Below, in pieces: positions 23,971 to 38,211 of a DNA stretch of 64,000 nt. Location of the stretch: the NCBI GenBank assembly GCA_030264375.1, contig JASCQW010000072.1:107932674-107996673 (forward strand). The letters run 5' to 3'. Position 1 is the stretch's first letter; each line of letters begins with the position of its first letter. The stretch comes from Carcharhinus longimanus (taxonomy: Eukaryota). The notes beneath the pieces were generated by a model. That model was not told where the DNA came from and ran no database searches. It saw nothing but the letters and a program-made list of their open reading frames with translations. Both the position numbers and the translations under genes were made by a program.

Positions 23971-26504
23971 TATAGTGTGTTTAGGTTCGACACAGCTGCA
24001 TTAAATGCATTTACATTTTTACAACAGTGCTGAGATCAACATCATTTAGATTGAATGTAACAGGTATCAAATTAGATTTTACTCTGGAAAACCAAAGGAT
24101 AGGAATACTTTAAAGAAATGCAAAATAATATTACAGTAAACTCACTTCCCATTATCCTTAAATGTTTAAATCTTACTACATTTACACAAGCTACAGATTT
24201 TAAATTGATGTTATGGAGAATCAGTTTGGTTCTCAAGGATAAAATGGCAGTGCATGCATGTGGAGCTTCAAGCTCAAGGGAAAACTCTAAATATTTTTCA
24301 ACTATCAACATACACAATCCAACTTTAACCTTCCTACTCTTGCAACTGACTAGCCACATAACCCTCGAGACCAGAAACACTTTAGCCTGCATGTATCTCT
24401 TATTTGGGGGCTGGTAGAATATTGATCACTTTACTATTCTACTAGTCCAAAGGCCAGAGCTACTAAATCAAAGATCAAAATCCCACCATGGTAGTCTGAG
24501 AATTTGAGTTCATGCTAAAACCAATAAAGATGTAAAGAAGTGTCCAAAAAGCTGTTGGATTACTGTAGAAATCTAACTACTTAAATCAAATGCCCTTCAG
24601 GAAGGAAACCCTATTATCTTTATCTGGTCTGACCATGTGACAGCCACAACAACATGGTATGACTTCCATCTAGTCTCTGAAGTGGCCCAGCAAGCTACTC
24701 AGTAAAAACAAGATGCAAGGTTAAAGAAAAAAAAAGGTCCTTCAATACATTCTCATGGCAACTAGGGGAGGAGAAATACTAGGTTCACCAGAGACTCGTA
24801 CCTCCAAACAAAAAGTAGAGACAAAAACTTGTATGAAAACGACCCTTCAAATATCAACCAATTCCCTTAATGCTGTATCTATTCCACTTGCATACGGTGG
24901 AAGGAACGACAGTAGATGATTTCACCTGTGTAGTTGCTGTAAAATCAGTTTTGTTGCTATGCTGGTTTCCCTTGATGTCACAGGAAGTTGTATACATGGC
25001 AGCAATGCAAACAATAACATGCCTGTCTCCAGATGGAGCCAACTTCAAAATCATTACCAGCCGCTTATAACTTGCACAAAAGAGTAATGAGGTTCTTAGT
25101 AATGGAGTCTTGGAGCTTTCGTGGCACTGACTCCTGTACATTTAGTATATAGGTCAGAGGCAGTCTAGTAAAAAGTAGTGAGGAATGTGAAGATTGTAGC
25201 GGGTAAATATGCACACAGCAGTTTGGAATCTCCAGAATGCAAGTATCTAAATCTCTAGTTGAAAAAATATTTAGAAAATCACAGGGCGGGAGAGTTGGGT
25301 CAAATATCTTATTACTGAGGAAAAATGAATTATATTTTGTAGTCTGTAGAGGAGAGAAAGAACCACTCCTCACAAGTAGCATCTGATCCCAGTGGAGAGC
25401 ATGGAGCTCACTAATCCACATGGGAAACACTTGAGGGGGAACAATTGAACAGGAAGCATCAAGGTGGAAAAAAAGACGGGAAAAGAAAAAGGTGATCATT
25501 TTTGACAAGTGTAGTAGTTCATTTTGACATTGCCTCAATTAACTGTTTCCTAGAAACGTCTCAAGTTGGCAGCTCCTGAACATGATCATGAAATCACTCT
25601 ACATAAGCAGATACTTTTGCGTGTTAAGTAACACTCAGGATGTGCACAAACACAATGGTTTCCCCCAATTAGCAAAGCTCCGAGGTACAGTATCTAAAGG
25701 GAAAAGATTTTTTTTTCAAAAATGGGAATCCTGCAGCAAATGACAGCTCAACCAGGTTATCAGACACACTCCACTGAGAGAAGGAGCAAGATAGCTCTAC
25801 ATCTTTCAAACGTTTGGACACAGATGTTCTGCAAACATATGCCAAATAGTTGGACAAGTGCACGAGGGAGCAGGGAAGGAGTCCACTGAGTAATAAAAAG
25901 GCTAGCCTAGACAAGCAAAACAAGCATAACAAGAATGTCTGCACAAAATATTTTTCTGCTGGAGCATCTGGTTGCATATACAACAGCCAATTTTTTTCAT
26001 TGTTGTTCACTGGTGGTTCATTTCTGACCATTTCCAGAGATGCTTGGAGATCTCACCTGTCCAGAAACAATAATACTCTTTCAGATTTCTTGTACATCTC
26101 AAAAAAATAAGATGCACTTTTATTCCCTTCAGTATGTTGGCTGTGAATGATAATTGGTACAATCATACATTGTTAGATCAATGGAATGTGCCCTCCCCCC
26201 CAAAAAGGAAGTCAATTAAGTTAAATGCTTTGGAAATTACTTTTCACATTCTACACAAAATTAAATGTTTATTTCTTGCCATATTAAAAGTGAACCTACT
26301 TAACTGAGAGACAAAGAGCTTGTGGAATGTGGGATATCAAAAGGAAGTTGTGCCACAAATGGAAAGTGCAATGAATTGAACTAGCATTGGATGGATAAAT
26401 TCTACCTGCAATAAAGAGAAAAGTGTTATTCCCCCTCCTGGCATGACAGCAACAAGCACCAAAAGGGAAATTCTGCACTGTCTGGATCAGCCTGATTTAA
26501 ATAT

Positions 26505-27350
26505 CAAAGAATCTCAATTGTTACAGAATAGGATGCCATTTGGCCCATTGTGTCTGCACCAGTTCTCAGGATGAGCAACTCACTCCATGCCATTCTCCTG
26601 CAGACTGCTTCTTTTCAAATGATTATCTAATACCCTTGAGTGCCTTGATTGAACCCACACTCACCACACGCTCAGACAGTGCATTCCAGACCCTAATGAC
26701 TCAAAGTTTTGTTTTTGCTTCTTTTGCCAACTACTTCAAATTTGTGCCTACACTTCCTTGATCCTTTCATGAATGGAAACAGTTTCTCCTAATCTACTCC
26801 ATCCAGACCCCTCATGACTTGAATGCCTCCACCAAATCTCCTCTCGGCCTTAATTTCTAAGGAGATTGGTCCCAACCTCGTCAATCCATCCTAACAACTA
26901 AAGTCTCTCACCCTGGAACCACTCAAATCTCTTCTGCACTCTTTCCAATGCCTTCACATCCTTCCTAAAAGGTGGCACCTAGAACTGTATACAATACTCC
27001 AGCTGAGGTCTAACTAGTGCCTTATACAAGTTCAATATAACCTCCTTGCTCTGATAATCTATGTCCCTTTAATAAATGAGAATACTGGATGCTTTATTAA
27101 TCACTCTCTCAATGGTCCTGCCACTCTTAATGATTTATGCACCAATCTATCCCAGTCCATTTACTCCTGCACCCACTTTAGGTAATACCCTTTAATTTTA
27201 TACTGTCTTTCCATGTTTTTCCTATCAAATATATGCATTTTTCCATATGGATCCTCATCTGCCACCTATCTGCCCACTTCAACTTGTCCACATCCTTTTG
27301 AAATTTTACACTGGCCTCCTCATAGCTTTCAATGCTTCCATGTTTTGTAT
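26505..27350 (-). mobile_element. CR1 LINE 3' fragment
   Basis: FQKDVDKLKWADRWQM in reverse frame, and cagaactgtatacaatactccagctgagg (RPQLEYCIQFW motif). Confidence 0.85.
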
Positions 27351-27849
27351 CAACTGCATATATTTTGGTGCTCTGGTTTCCTCCCACAGTCTAAAGATGT
27401 GCAGGTTAGGTTGATTGGCCATTAGTGGTTAGGGGGATTAGTGAGATAAATACATGGGGTTGTGTGGCAAGCTTGGGTAAGAGTCAATGCAGACTTGACA
27501 GATTGAATGGCCTCCTTCAGCATTGTAGGGATTCTCTATTTCTGAGAGGTCAGCATCATGCAAGACCATACCAAAAATTCCCCAATCTTACTATAACACA
27601 AGATCAGGATTAGCAATTGGAATACTATAGTAACTACTGGGAAAAGATTGACATTCAAAAACATCCTGCAACTTTTCACCATTCCATACTCCTTATTCTC
27701 TCCTAGCTTGGTACGACATCGATTGTTCTGACAAGTCTAACCATTCAAACAGTTCAAAAAGAGTAAATAAGGAGAAATTATTCCAATCAGAAAAAGAGTC
27801 AGGAGGACGAGGAAATTTGAAAACAAACTTTTTACGAGCTAGAACATAT

Positions 27850-27982
27850 GGAGTGGAATTTTCTCATCCCACCTGCCACAGGAATCACAGCAGGCAGGAC
27901 ATAAACCATGCAAAGATCCGTTGGCCTTGGGTGGGATTTTCTGGCACCAGGGTGCGCACAGCTGGAAAAAAAATCACTCCCA
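27850..27982. mobile_element. About 135-bp MITE-like element
   Basis: TIR ggagtggaattttct / aaaaaaatcactccc. Interior homologous to 5008. Confidence 0.7.
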
Positions 27983-29899
27983 CGGTCTTTCAGTGCAGTG
28001 GCGGTAGATCCATTTGTAACCTTCAGAAGGAAATTAGACCAAACACTTGTAGGTATAACAGTCAAGGCTGTAAGGAGAGAGCAGGGGAGTGGGGTGAATT
28101 GTCTGCATGCCCTCCTAGCATACTCTATGTATATGGGCATTCACTGTCCATTTTAGTGCTGCTGGGACCAACATTTTAACTTGAATAGTTGCAAAACTGT
28201 GACAGAAAACATTATGGTTCGGTGCAATGTTGAATGTATGACCAGGCTTGGTGGGCTGAAGGGCCTGTTCCTGTGCTGTATTGTTCTTTGTTTTTTTTTG
28301 GAGCATGAACTCAAGTGCTCTTTTACTTGGAACCATTTCAACCTTGCAGATTGGACAGTAAAATAAGAATAATTCCAGTAGAAATAATGGAACAAGAGCA
28401 GTGGCTGTAGTGATATTAATGAAAAAAACACATACGTTTATTTAACATTGACTATCTATTCACGAAGGCCCTGCATTCTTGCCCCTTGCTGGAGGTGTAG
28501 TGATCCTCAGGTTAAAATCATCACCAGTCAGCTGTCCCCCCTCAAAAGGGGAGAGCAGCCTCTGGTCTTCTGGGACTATGCGACTTTTTAACCATCTATT
28601 CAGTAACCAAGGAAATAAAGACATTCTGCTTTTTGTCTTCTTATACCAACATACTCTTAGAAGTATACATGCACACATGTACACTTGTAAGAGTATGTTT
28701 GTTAGTAAATGAGTATGAGACTTACATTGTGCCCAAATGATTGACTTATTTTAGTTTTTAAATGTAATTAGCCATACTTGTTCTCCTAATTAGCTCATGT
28801 ATTAGCCAACACTTGCTTAAAATGGAAGGTTTTCATCCAAGCTGATTCTGGGGCCTAACAGCAACTGTTCAATGGGCTTCTGAATGGGCAGGGGAAAATT
28901 GAGTCTATACTCATCTAGTGTGCAGTAGTCATTATATCATTGGTTATTATGCAGTGATTGCCCATTCAATGACCAGTCTAATAGTGATGCAAATATACTT
29001 CATTGTTTCAGCAAGTGGTATCTGGATAAAATCTCGATTCAGCCTCGAACTGTACAGAACTAAACCAAAATATTTCAAATCTCACCCCTCGTATTTGCAC
29101 CAAGTGTTCCACTGAGGCACGACTGTTGCAAAAAGATATTACATTGTGGCTTAGCACGCAAACATGTATAAGCCATGTTTGTTTTGATTACAACACTTAA
29201 CTACACTTCAAATAAAAAACGCTTCACTGGTTTGGGGTTCTCCCAAGATGTATGAAAGACAATGTACAAAATTTAAATTTATGTCCTACAAATTAACTTT
29301 CCAAATTCATGATCCAATTTGATTATACATACACAGCATCTTTTGAGATGGGAGGATAGACTAAATACAATTGCTTCCTCAGTTTAGACATGGATTTTGC
29401 TGTGGTTGGGCTGAGTTAGGAGAGATGGGGGTTGCTGGTGGCAGGAATAAGAGATGAAGGGTCATTAGTCAGGACTAAATACTGGCAACATGGAGATGGC
29501 TAAATATCCTGGAAAAGTTTTTGGTTACCTTTGGGAATCAGGGAATATTTACATGAAAATAGTTTCCCTCAGGAGAATTAGTAGGCTGTTTTTGAGTCCT
29601 GGATAGGATTGATTGTGCTGGCCCTTAGAAGCAATGAGTTTTGTTTTATTTTCTTTGCCATGAAGTAAATGTATATCTAACAGATATTGCCATCCAATTC
29701 AATTGGTATTCTGAAAAGTAACATGGGGTCTTGGTACTGCTGAGGGGGGTGACTGCAGGTCAAAAACAGTGAAAAATTATTGGTTGCATGACTTATGGCG
29801 CACAGAATTACTTGGGCATAATGGCATAGAAAATACCATTTTGTTTTTGGAACAAAAATCCGAGTTACATATTCTACATCAAAGTTGTCTACCAAGTGC

Positions 29900-30960
29900 T
29901 TTGCAATTCAAATCTTAACAACAATCACTGGAATGGCCAGTGCCCAGTTGGACATTTTCTTGCATGCTCCTCTGCATCGAGTAACTCAGCTCCCGACTTC
30001 CCCAAGCCTATCTACAAGGTACGTGCCAGCAATTTGATGGAATACTACTCTTTACTTGCTTGGATAAGCCCTTAGAAATTCCTGGAAATGAGGGAATTAT
30101 CCTTCGAGGAAAGGCTTGACAGGTTGGGCCTATATCCGTTGGGAGTTTAGAAGATTGTGTCTCAATCTTACTGAGATGTACAAGATCATGAGGAGACTTG
30201 ACAGGTGTGCTCACTGAAAGGATGTTTCCCCTTGTGGGAGAGAGACTAGAACTAGGGAACAAATTTCAAAATAAAAGATCTCCCTTTTAAGGCAGCGATG
30301 AGAAATGTTTTCCCTGAGGGTTGAGTCTGTGGAACTCTTTCCATGAGAATTGTGGAGGCAGGGTCATTGAATGCTCAAGACTTTTTTAGTCAGATTGTTG
30401 ATTGACAAGGGAATAAGGAGGCGGGGGGGGTGGAGTTTAAGCCACTTCAGGTCCACCATGAATTTATTGAACAGCAGAGTGCTCAAGAGATTGAATGGCC
30501 CACACCTGCTCTCGAGTTGTATGTTTGTAGAGTGCGGCTCCAACAAAAATTGACACCATGCAGAATAAAAACAAGCTGCTTGATTGGCACCATAACCCCC
30601 TCCACTACTGGCATTTGTGCATACCATAAACAAGGTTCTTTCAATCAAGAAACCCTCCAAAACTGCAACCTTGACCCCTCAAAAACAAGGCCAGCAAAAA
30701 TATTGGAACACCATCAGCTGCAATTTCCCCTCAAAGCCACACACTATCCTGACTTGGGAACTTCTAACTATATCACTGTTCCTTCACATCATTGGATCAA
30801 CATCCTGGAACTCCCTTGCTAACAATATCACAGAGTGTACCAGCTCCAGATGTGCTGCAATGGTTCAAGGCAGCTCATTGTTACTTCAAGGGCAATTAGG
30901 GCTGGGCAACAAACATTGGAATATGGGCATTGCTGCCAAGGCTATGAAAAACTGACAAAT
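29900..30960 (+). mobile_element. LINE fragment with a nested CR1 3' end (about 30085-30525)
   Basis: Host resembles 22960-23665 on both sides. Insert has gaggaaaggcttgacaggttgggcct...tgtatgtttgta. Confidence 0.65.
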
Positions 30961-31524
30961 CAAGTTTTAGAGATTAACAACTCCAATACGTTAAATGTCT
31001 GAACTTTTTAGCAGATTTGTATATTAATAATGGCAAGTGTCACTGTCAAGTCATTTTTCCAGCAAACAATTTCCAAGTACATCTGTGGATGTATTCAAAT
31101 CACCAGATTACCTCTTAAAATACAGTATTAAAATCAGACCCAAAGCAGATCACCTTTGGATGACCAAGATGGTAGGAAAATTCAAGTTGCCCTGTGTGCT
31201 TGCATATTTAAGAATAGCTTGATACTTCTAATAACCAGGATAAGTCAACTATTCGTATTTTAATTTTTTGAGCATGCACATTTCAAAGATCAACAAATTC
31301 AGATTAAACAGACATGACTCACATGGATTAGCAAACAAAAATGAAATAAAGCAACATTAATTGCATGTACACAATAGCAGGACCTGCAGAAACATCTTGA
31401 GGGAAAAAGACAGACCTGGAGAAAGTTCAGTTGCTCAGGCTAAAAACATTCATCTTGTTTCTACAAGATGAGCAGACCATTCACACCAACTTATCTATGC
31501 CAGTGTTACTCTCCACATAGGATT

Positions 31525-33160
31525 CCAGCTGTAAGTCAGGAGGTGGGAGGGGAAGAGAGGAAACGTAAGGTCAAGTTACAATCACTAGGGAAGTGGTACT
31601 GAGCAAGCTGGTCGAGCTGCAGGCTGACAAGTCTCCAGGTCCAGACAGACTTCATCCCAGGATCTTAAAAAAAGGGGTGGCTAATGAGCTAGCAGATACA
31701 TTGTTAATTTTCCAAAATTTCCTCAATTCTGGAAAGATTCCATCAGACTGGAAATAGCAAATATAATCCTTCTATTTGAAAAGGAAGGAGGCAGAAAACA
31801 GGAGATATGCTAGTTAGCCTGATGGCTGCTGTGGGGAAGGGGTTAGTATTGATCATAAGAGATTACAGCTGGGCACCTGAAAGTAATCAGGAAGATTCAG
31901 CATTGTTTTGAGAAAGGGAAATAATTTTTGACCAATTTAAAATTCATTGAAGGAATAACATGCTGTGTATGAAAGATCATGTAGACGTGCTGTACTCAAA
32001 TTTTCAGAAGGCATTTGATAAGCTGTCACTTCAAAAGGTTATGATGGAAAATAGAAGCTTATGATGTAGGGGTAACATATTAGCATGGATAGAAGATTGA
32101 CTGGCTGACAAAACAGTACACATAAATGGGTATTTTTGACAAGATGTGATGAGTAGAGTCCTGCAGGGACCTAAGCTTTTTACAATTTACACCAGTAACA
32201 GACGAGGGAAAATGAAGATATGGTCGCTAAATCTGAGGATGGCACAAAGATATGTAGGAAAGTATGTTGAGAAGCCATGACTTTAAAAAGGTAAGTTGAT
32301 AGATGGAGTGAACAAAAATCTGGAGTATAATGTGGGAAAATATGAAGTTGCATGCTTTGTCAAGAATAAAGGCAGATTATTACTTAAATGGAGAAGGACT
32401 ACAGAATTCTGAGGGATCTAGGTGTTTCAGTGCACCAATCACAAAAGGTTGGCATGCACGGACAGCACAAAATCATGGTGGCTAATGGAATGCTTTCCTT
32501 TATAATGAAAGGAACTGAACATAGAAGGATGTTAGGCTTCAGTTCCACAGGGCATTGGTGAGACCACATCTCAAATACCGTGCGCAGTTATGGTCTCCTT
32601 GTTTAAGTAAGGATATAAATGCATGGGAGGTTGTTCAGAGGAGATTTTCTAGATTAGTACCTGAAATGAATGAGTTGTCTTTGGGAGGATAGGCTGGGTT
32701 TATTTTGTTAAGAGTAAAGGTGGACTTGATTGAAGGATACAAAATCCTCGATAATCTTGACGGTGGAAGTGAAATGGATATTTCTGCAAGGATGTGTCCA
32801 AAGCTAAGGGGACACTTTTAATATTAGGGATCACCCTCAAAGAGTAGATTTATATATTTCCTGAGGGCTGCATGACTTTAGAACACTGCCTTAGAAGGCA
32901 GTGGAAGTAGGCAATAGATAGTTTCCTGTTAACAATGTCTGCTCCCATTCCACACGTTGGACTGCCAATTATGCTTTGACTTATTCCTGGAGGAATTGTC
33001 AAAGGGGTATGGAGAACTGAAGTCAGGAAGTTATGCTGAACCTTTATAAAGCTCTGGTTACAACTAAATACTGCATTTAGTTCTGCTCACTGCACTTCAG
33101 GAAGGATATGAGTGCCTTTGAGCGGGAGATTTAAGTAAAACAAAAGACTTAGGAATACAG
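31525..33160 (+). mobile_element. Long decayed CR1 ORF2 (reverse transcriptase) remnant
   Basis: DKSPGPDRLHPRILK, FQKAFDK and LVRPHLKY..QLWSP motifs, with many frameshifts and stops. Confidence 0.88.
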
Positions 33161-33589
33161 CCATGAAGGGTTAGTCAGGAAAAAATATAGGCAATGAGAG
33201 AAACAGTTGAAACATTTATTATTTTGTTCTTGCATTTAGCAGCAAGTGGGCATGACAACATGGAAATGTTGATATAACCACATTTAAAATAATAAATGGG
33301 GAGAATTTTACATAATCCAATCAGACACCAAAGATTAAATCTGTTGCAGTGTATCTACACATTTGAAAAGAATCCAGTGAAGTGATAGAGGCCTTGTTGC
33401 ATATGCCTGCATGGGTTTTTTCTCAGTCCAAAGATGTGTAGGTTAGGTGGATTAGCCATTGTAAATGTGCAGGGTTATGGGGAGAAGGCAGAGGGGCAAG
33501 TGTGGGTAGGGTGCTCAAAGTCAGTGTAGACTCAATGGGCTGGGTGGCTTCCTCCTACACCAAGGGATTCTACAAGCTTAATAATTTGT

Positions 33590-35210
33590 TAGAAAAAGGG
33601 TGTAATGCCAGATAAAAAAGGTGGATAGCTAATAATATACAAAAAGGCAGGTAGAACATGTTCAGGGAATGATGTACCAATCATCTCATCAGTAGCAGGA
33701 AAAGTAAAGGAATCCCCATTGAAGGGGAACAGGAAATCATCCATTAAACCAAAACAATAATCAATAGTCAAATGTTATTTCAATAACGTACTGCTTGACC
33801 TGCCTCAGAATTATTTGAAGAGGGAATAAAGACTAGATAAGGGGAACGTAAATGGAATACATCTAGGAAATCAAATGACCTTGCTAAAGGTACCACAGAT
33901 TAAAGAAAAAGCATGCAGGAGTTAGGGGACAGAATGGGAGTTGGCTTGCTGAAAGACAGAAAGCAAAGAGTAGGGCTGAGGGGTAGATAATCAGAATGAC
34001 ATAGATAGAAAGCACAGTCCCACAAGAGCCACTGTGGCTTAATGTATAGTAACAGCTTAAAGCCTGGAATCAAAAATACAATTTCTTTGGGTGGAATCTT
34101 CCAGCCGTTCGCTGGCCAGATTTTCTGGTCCCACTTCAGTGGGAAATTCTCCACCCACACTTGCAGCAGTAGCAGGGCATGAACAGCCATTAAGATTGGG
34201 CAGCAGAGTGGCACAATGGTTAANNNNNNNNNNNNNNNNNNNNNNNNNNNNNNNNNNNNNNNNNNNNNNNNNNNNNNNNNNNNNNNNNNNNNNNNNNNNN
34301 NNNNNNNNNNNNNNNNNNNNNNNATGGTTAACACTGCTTTTTTACCATGCCAGGAACCTGGGATCAATTCCTGCCTCAGGTCACTGTGTGGAGTCTGCAT
34401 GTTCTCCCTGTGTCAGTGTGGGTTTCCTCCAGGTGCTCAAGTTTCCTCCCACAGTCCAAAGATGTGTGGGTCGTGTTGATAGTGTCAGGGGAGTAGCAGG
34501 ATGAATGTGTTGGGTTATGGGAATAGGGCCTGGGTGGGATGGTGGTTGGTGCAGACTCAAGTGGGCTGAATGACCTCCTTCTGCTCTGTAGGATTCTACA
34601 TGATTGCACCTTTAAAAACTTTGCCTGACTGAGGGCTAACTGATACTCAGGATTTCAATTACAAGATGGTATGCTGAATTGCAAAAATCAATTTAAAACA
34701 GATCAGTATGAGATACTGCATTTTTGGTATGATAAAGACAAATCACATCACTTGGAAAATAGGGATCTATATTAGGTATTGTAGCAAAAGGGATACAGAG
34801 ACATTGGGGAGGGGAGGAAAAAGAGATTTTCATGGAAAAGTACTAGAATGACAAAGTTACACCTGGCAGAATAGGATTTCGAGACCCATGACTATTTTCA
34901 CTGGGAGAGACAGAAGGTCAAGGGGTGCCGTAAAATTACAAGTGGTTTTGATAGCACAGGAAAAAACAATGTTTCCATTTGTGGGAAGAGTAAACTTAGG
35001 AGCCATTATAGTCATCAAGAAATCAAATCACTAATTTCAGAAGTGGTGAGTGTGTGGAATTCCAGGTAAGGAAAGCTGGATAAGAGTTCAAGGGAGAAAA
35101 CAATAGAGGGTTATGGCCACGGAGATAGATGACAAAAGATGGGAGGCCACTCAAATGGAGTTTAAATGGACTGATTAGTCCAAATGGCCTGTTGAGTGTA
35201 AGCCTTTAAT
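33590..35210 (+). mobile_element. Highly decayed CR1 with nested MITE (34089-34157) and V-SINE (34197-34603)
   Basis: agaaagcaaagagtaggg, gagccattata..agtcatcaagaaatcaaat and a 3' aaatggcctgtt end. Clear SINE inside. Confidence 0.65.
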
Positions 35211-35657
35211 GAATCTATATTCTACGCATTCCCTAGAGTACAGTTATCCATTTTCTATAGACCAAAGTATTTTATTTTTCCACAGTTTTGCTCTCCAAAA
35301 ATGAGCAGAAACTTCATCCAAATGCATTTCCAATTTGGCAAACCACTTTTATAGTATATGGAATTCCAGATCCAATCTACTACAACCTAGATCCAGTTTT
35401 TCATTGTCCTGCAGACTAATGATATTTTAGTGCCAATCTTCTGCAGAAGAAAACAACACCTAAATTCAAAAATGAAAAAACAGTTTAAAAGGGAATAGCC
35501 TGGAAGTGGTTCGAGGTTTGTTTTAACAGCTACAATAACAATAAAGGAGACATCATGTAATTTGCAAAATCCAACAGCTAATCAAAATTATTTCCCAGCA
35601 ATCTGTATTACCTTCATTTTAATACTTAGAAAGGGATAAGAATACAGAGTTCCTTAC

Positions 35658-35818
35658 CCCATAATGCCATAAAGATTGAATAGAAAACCGTCGCCGGATT
35701 GTCAAACAGGTGGCTTGCTCGGGCTGTGGCACAGGTTGTGCTGAGTTTCCAGTAACTGCATGTTTTGTCACATAGTGGGCACATTGTGATATTATTCCGC
35801 TCGTCACACATCTCCATG
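35658..35818 (-). CDS. ANO1: ANO1 exon 11 equivalent, [53 protein letters not shown]
   Basis: 161 nt, aacag|C...G|gtaagg. MCPLCD and FDN motifs. MEMCD, NITMC, KTCSYWK and ATARAS are ANO1-type rather than ANO2-type. Confidence 0.96.
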
Positions 35819-36946
35819 CTGTTAGAGAGAGAGAGAGAAGGGAAAAAAAAGTGATATCTTGTTTAAGTTCATTCAGAAAATAGATCGCTTAGCTCTGAAG
35901 TGCAGTCATCATGAAAAGGCCTAAAGGACATGGCAGCATCGGATTGCCACTCTGTATCCTGTGCGAATGCCTGTCTTATCTGACCTTCTTGACATAGCCC
36001 GGGTGAGATTTAGGCAGTACAGCAGATCCCTGGCTTCAATGTCAAAGTCCTAGAGGAGGAGAGGGGAGGACAAGCCCCCATTTTTAGGGGAGTTTAAAGG
36101 TCCCACTTAAAATGTCAGGGAGAAAGGCAAGTATCTTGGTGGAAGGTGCTGGGTTCAGGTCAGACTGAGTCAGCTCCAGCTAGATCAGTGTGGGGGATAG
36201 AGCTCAAGCCAGGTCAAAGGAGGGATTGGGGAATACAGTGGGGGAGGAAGGGGTGTGTGACCCCACACAGGGATGGGTCTCAGGTGTTTAAAATAAATAT
36301 AGTTATGCTGAAGTCAGAAGAGCTTTTATTTATACTAACACTTTCAGAGTAACTATCAATCTTTCACTGGCAGAACCAAAAAAAACTGGCAATTTAAAAT
36401 AACTTTGTTGGATGGTTCCCAGCACAGCTGTCCAGGGGAAGTTGCTGCTTCCTTAGGGATGTCCCTCAAATCCAATGCTGGGCAGCCAGGAAGTTACAGG
36501 CCAAGGGAGATAAACATTGTTGGATCCTTTCTTAGCAATAGGCCAATTTGATTTGGTTCCCCAGAGCCTAATGCTGATAATTAGCTGGTGGAATGTGCCA
36601 GAGGATCCAATTCATTTTTCAGACTGAACCCCAGTTGCATTACAGCTCCCCAATGCTACTTTAAATCTAGATTACCCAATTATCCGAAGGAACAACACAA
36701 CGTGGGTTTCTGGAAAGTTTTTGGGCAGCATGGCTTGCGATCTGCTGAGGAGTGGTAACTGGGATTGGTCCTAGCGGAATTTGTAGAGGCAGAGAAATCT
36801 GGCCCTTCCAAGCCAATGAAAACAAAGAGGGTCTTCGTCAGCCTCAGTGGAGGGAACCCTGTGAAGTATGTCCCAAGCAGTTCAGTCTCAAAACAGCCAT
36901 CAAGATGCTATTATCTGACTCTAAATTCCATTTCAAATTGGCCTCT

Positions 36947-37232
36947 TGGGTAGCATGGTGGCACACTGGTTACATTACTGCCTCAGGGCCAGGGAGCCAG
37001 GTTCGATTTCAGCCTTCGTCACTGTGTGTGGGTTTTCTTTGGTGCTCCAGTTTCCTCCCACAATCCAAAACATGTGCAGGTTAGGTTGATTGGCTATGCT
37101 AAAGGTGACCCTAAAAAGGGTTGGGGGATTAGTAGGATAAAAAAGGTGTGGGATTCCAGGAATATGGCCTGGGCGGGATCGTGGTTGGTACAGGCTCAAA
37201 TGGGCTGAATGGCATCCTTCTGTACTATTCTA
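36947..37232 (+). mobile_element. V-SINE (HE1-like)
   Basis: gcatggtggcacactgg head, ggttcgattt B-box, V-domain, CR1-type tail. Confidence 0.85.
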
Positions 37233-37339
37233 TACAGATGACTCTAATCTAGCCCACATGTCCTCCTTAGTGATGTCGCTATTATCCACAATATTTGGGG
37301 AACTATCTCAGCCTCATTATTAGTAATAAATAAGCTTCT

Positions 37340-37922
37340 TACCTGAAATACTATCAGTTAGACTTTACATTAACACTGCAATGAAGTTTGTGAAAAATCC
37401 CCTAGTCACCACATTCAGGACAGCGGTTAGCATTGTTGCCTCACAGCACCAAGGACCTGTGTTCAATTTCTAGCTGGGTCACTGTCTACATGAGTTTGCA
37501 CATTCTCTGTGACTGCATGGGTTTTCCCCAGGTGCTCCAGTTTCCTACCACAGTCCAAAAGATGAGTCAGGTGGATTGGCCATGATTGTCCATTAGTGTC
37601 AGGTGGATTAGCAGGGTAAATGTGGGGTTATGGGAATAGGGCCTGGTTGGGATAATCAGTGCAGAATTGATGGGCCAAATGGCCTCCTGCATATAGGATT
37701 CTATGACCTCTTCAGGTACACTGAGGGAGAATTTAACATAGCCAATGCATTTAACCAGCATGTCTCCCAGACTGTGGGAGGAAACTAGAACGCCTGGAGG
37801 AAACCCATGCAGATGTGGGGAGAACGTGCAGACTCCACATGCAGAGTCACCCAAGGCCAGAATCGAACCTGGGTCCTTGGCACTGTGAAGCTGCAGTATT
37901 AACCATAGCCACCTTACTGCCC
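37340..37922 (-). mobile_element. V-SINE (-) with a nested V-SINE (+) at about 37419-37707
   Basis: Host continuity ...gtcaccacattcagga / cctcttcaggtacactgaggg... matches the uninterrupted copy at 21072-21110. Confidence 0.8.
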
Positions 37923-38211
37923 CTCAACCTGTCCTTTCAAGATTTTCCCCATCTGAGGTAGTTCGGTAATTTATTGCCACTTTTTCAAAGCAATGGGCTG
38001 GTTTCTGTCATAAATCCATGTGTGAATGAACTGGGCTAAAATGACCCAGGGTTGTTGTAAATACAATTATGGAAATTGGTAGCTAAGAGGAAATCTGAGC
38101 ATAAGCCTGGGGTAGGATCAAATACACTTTCATGTATTAACTCACTGTCACACCCCAATTCCACAAGGATTTACAAAAAAATGCACGTAAAAGAACTTGC
38201 TTCTTGAAGTC

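Noticed and set aside
31525-33160. Possible active or domesticated reverse transcriptase
   Set aside because: Riddled with stops and frameshifts, with no ORF of 60 aa or more in the track. It is a dead CR1.
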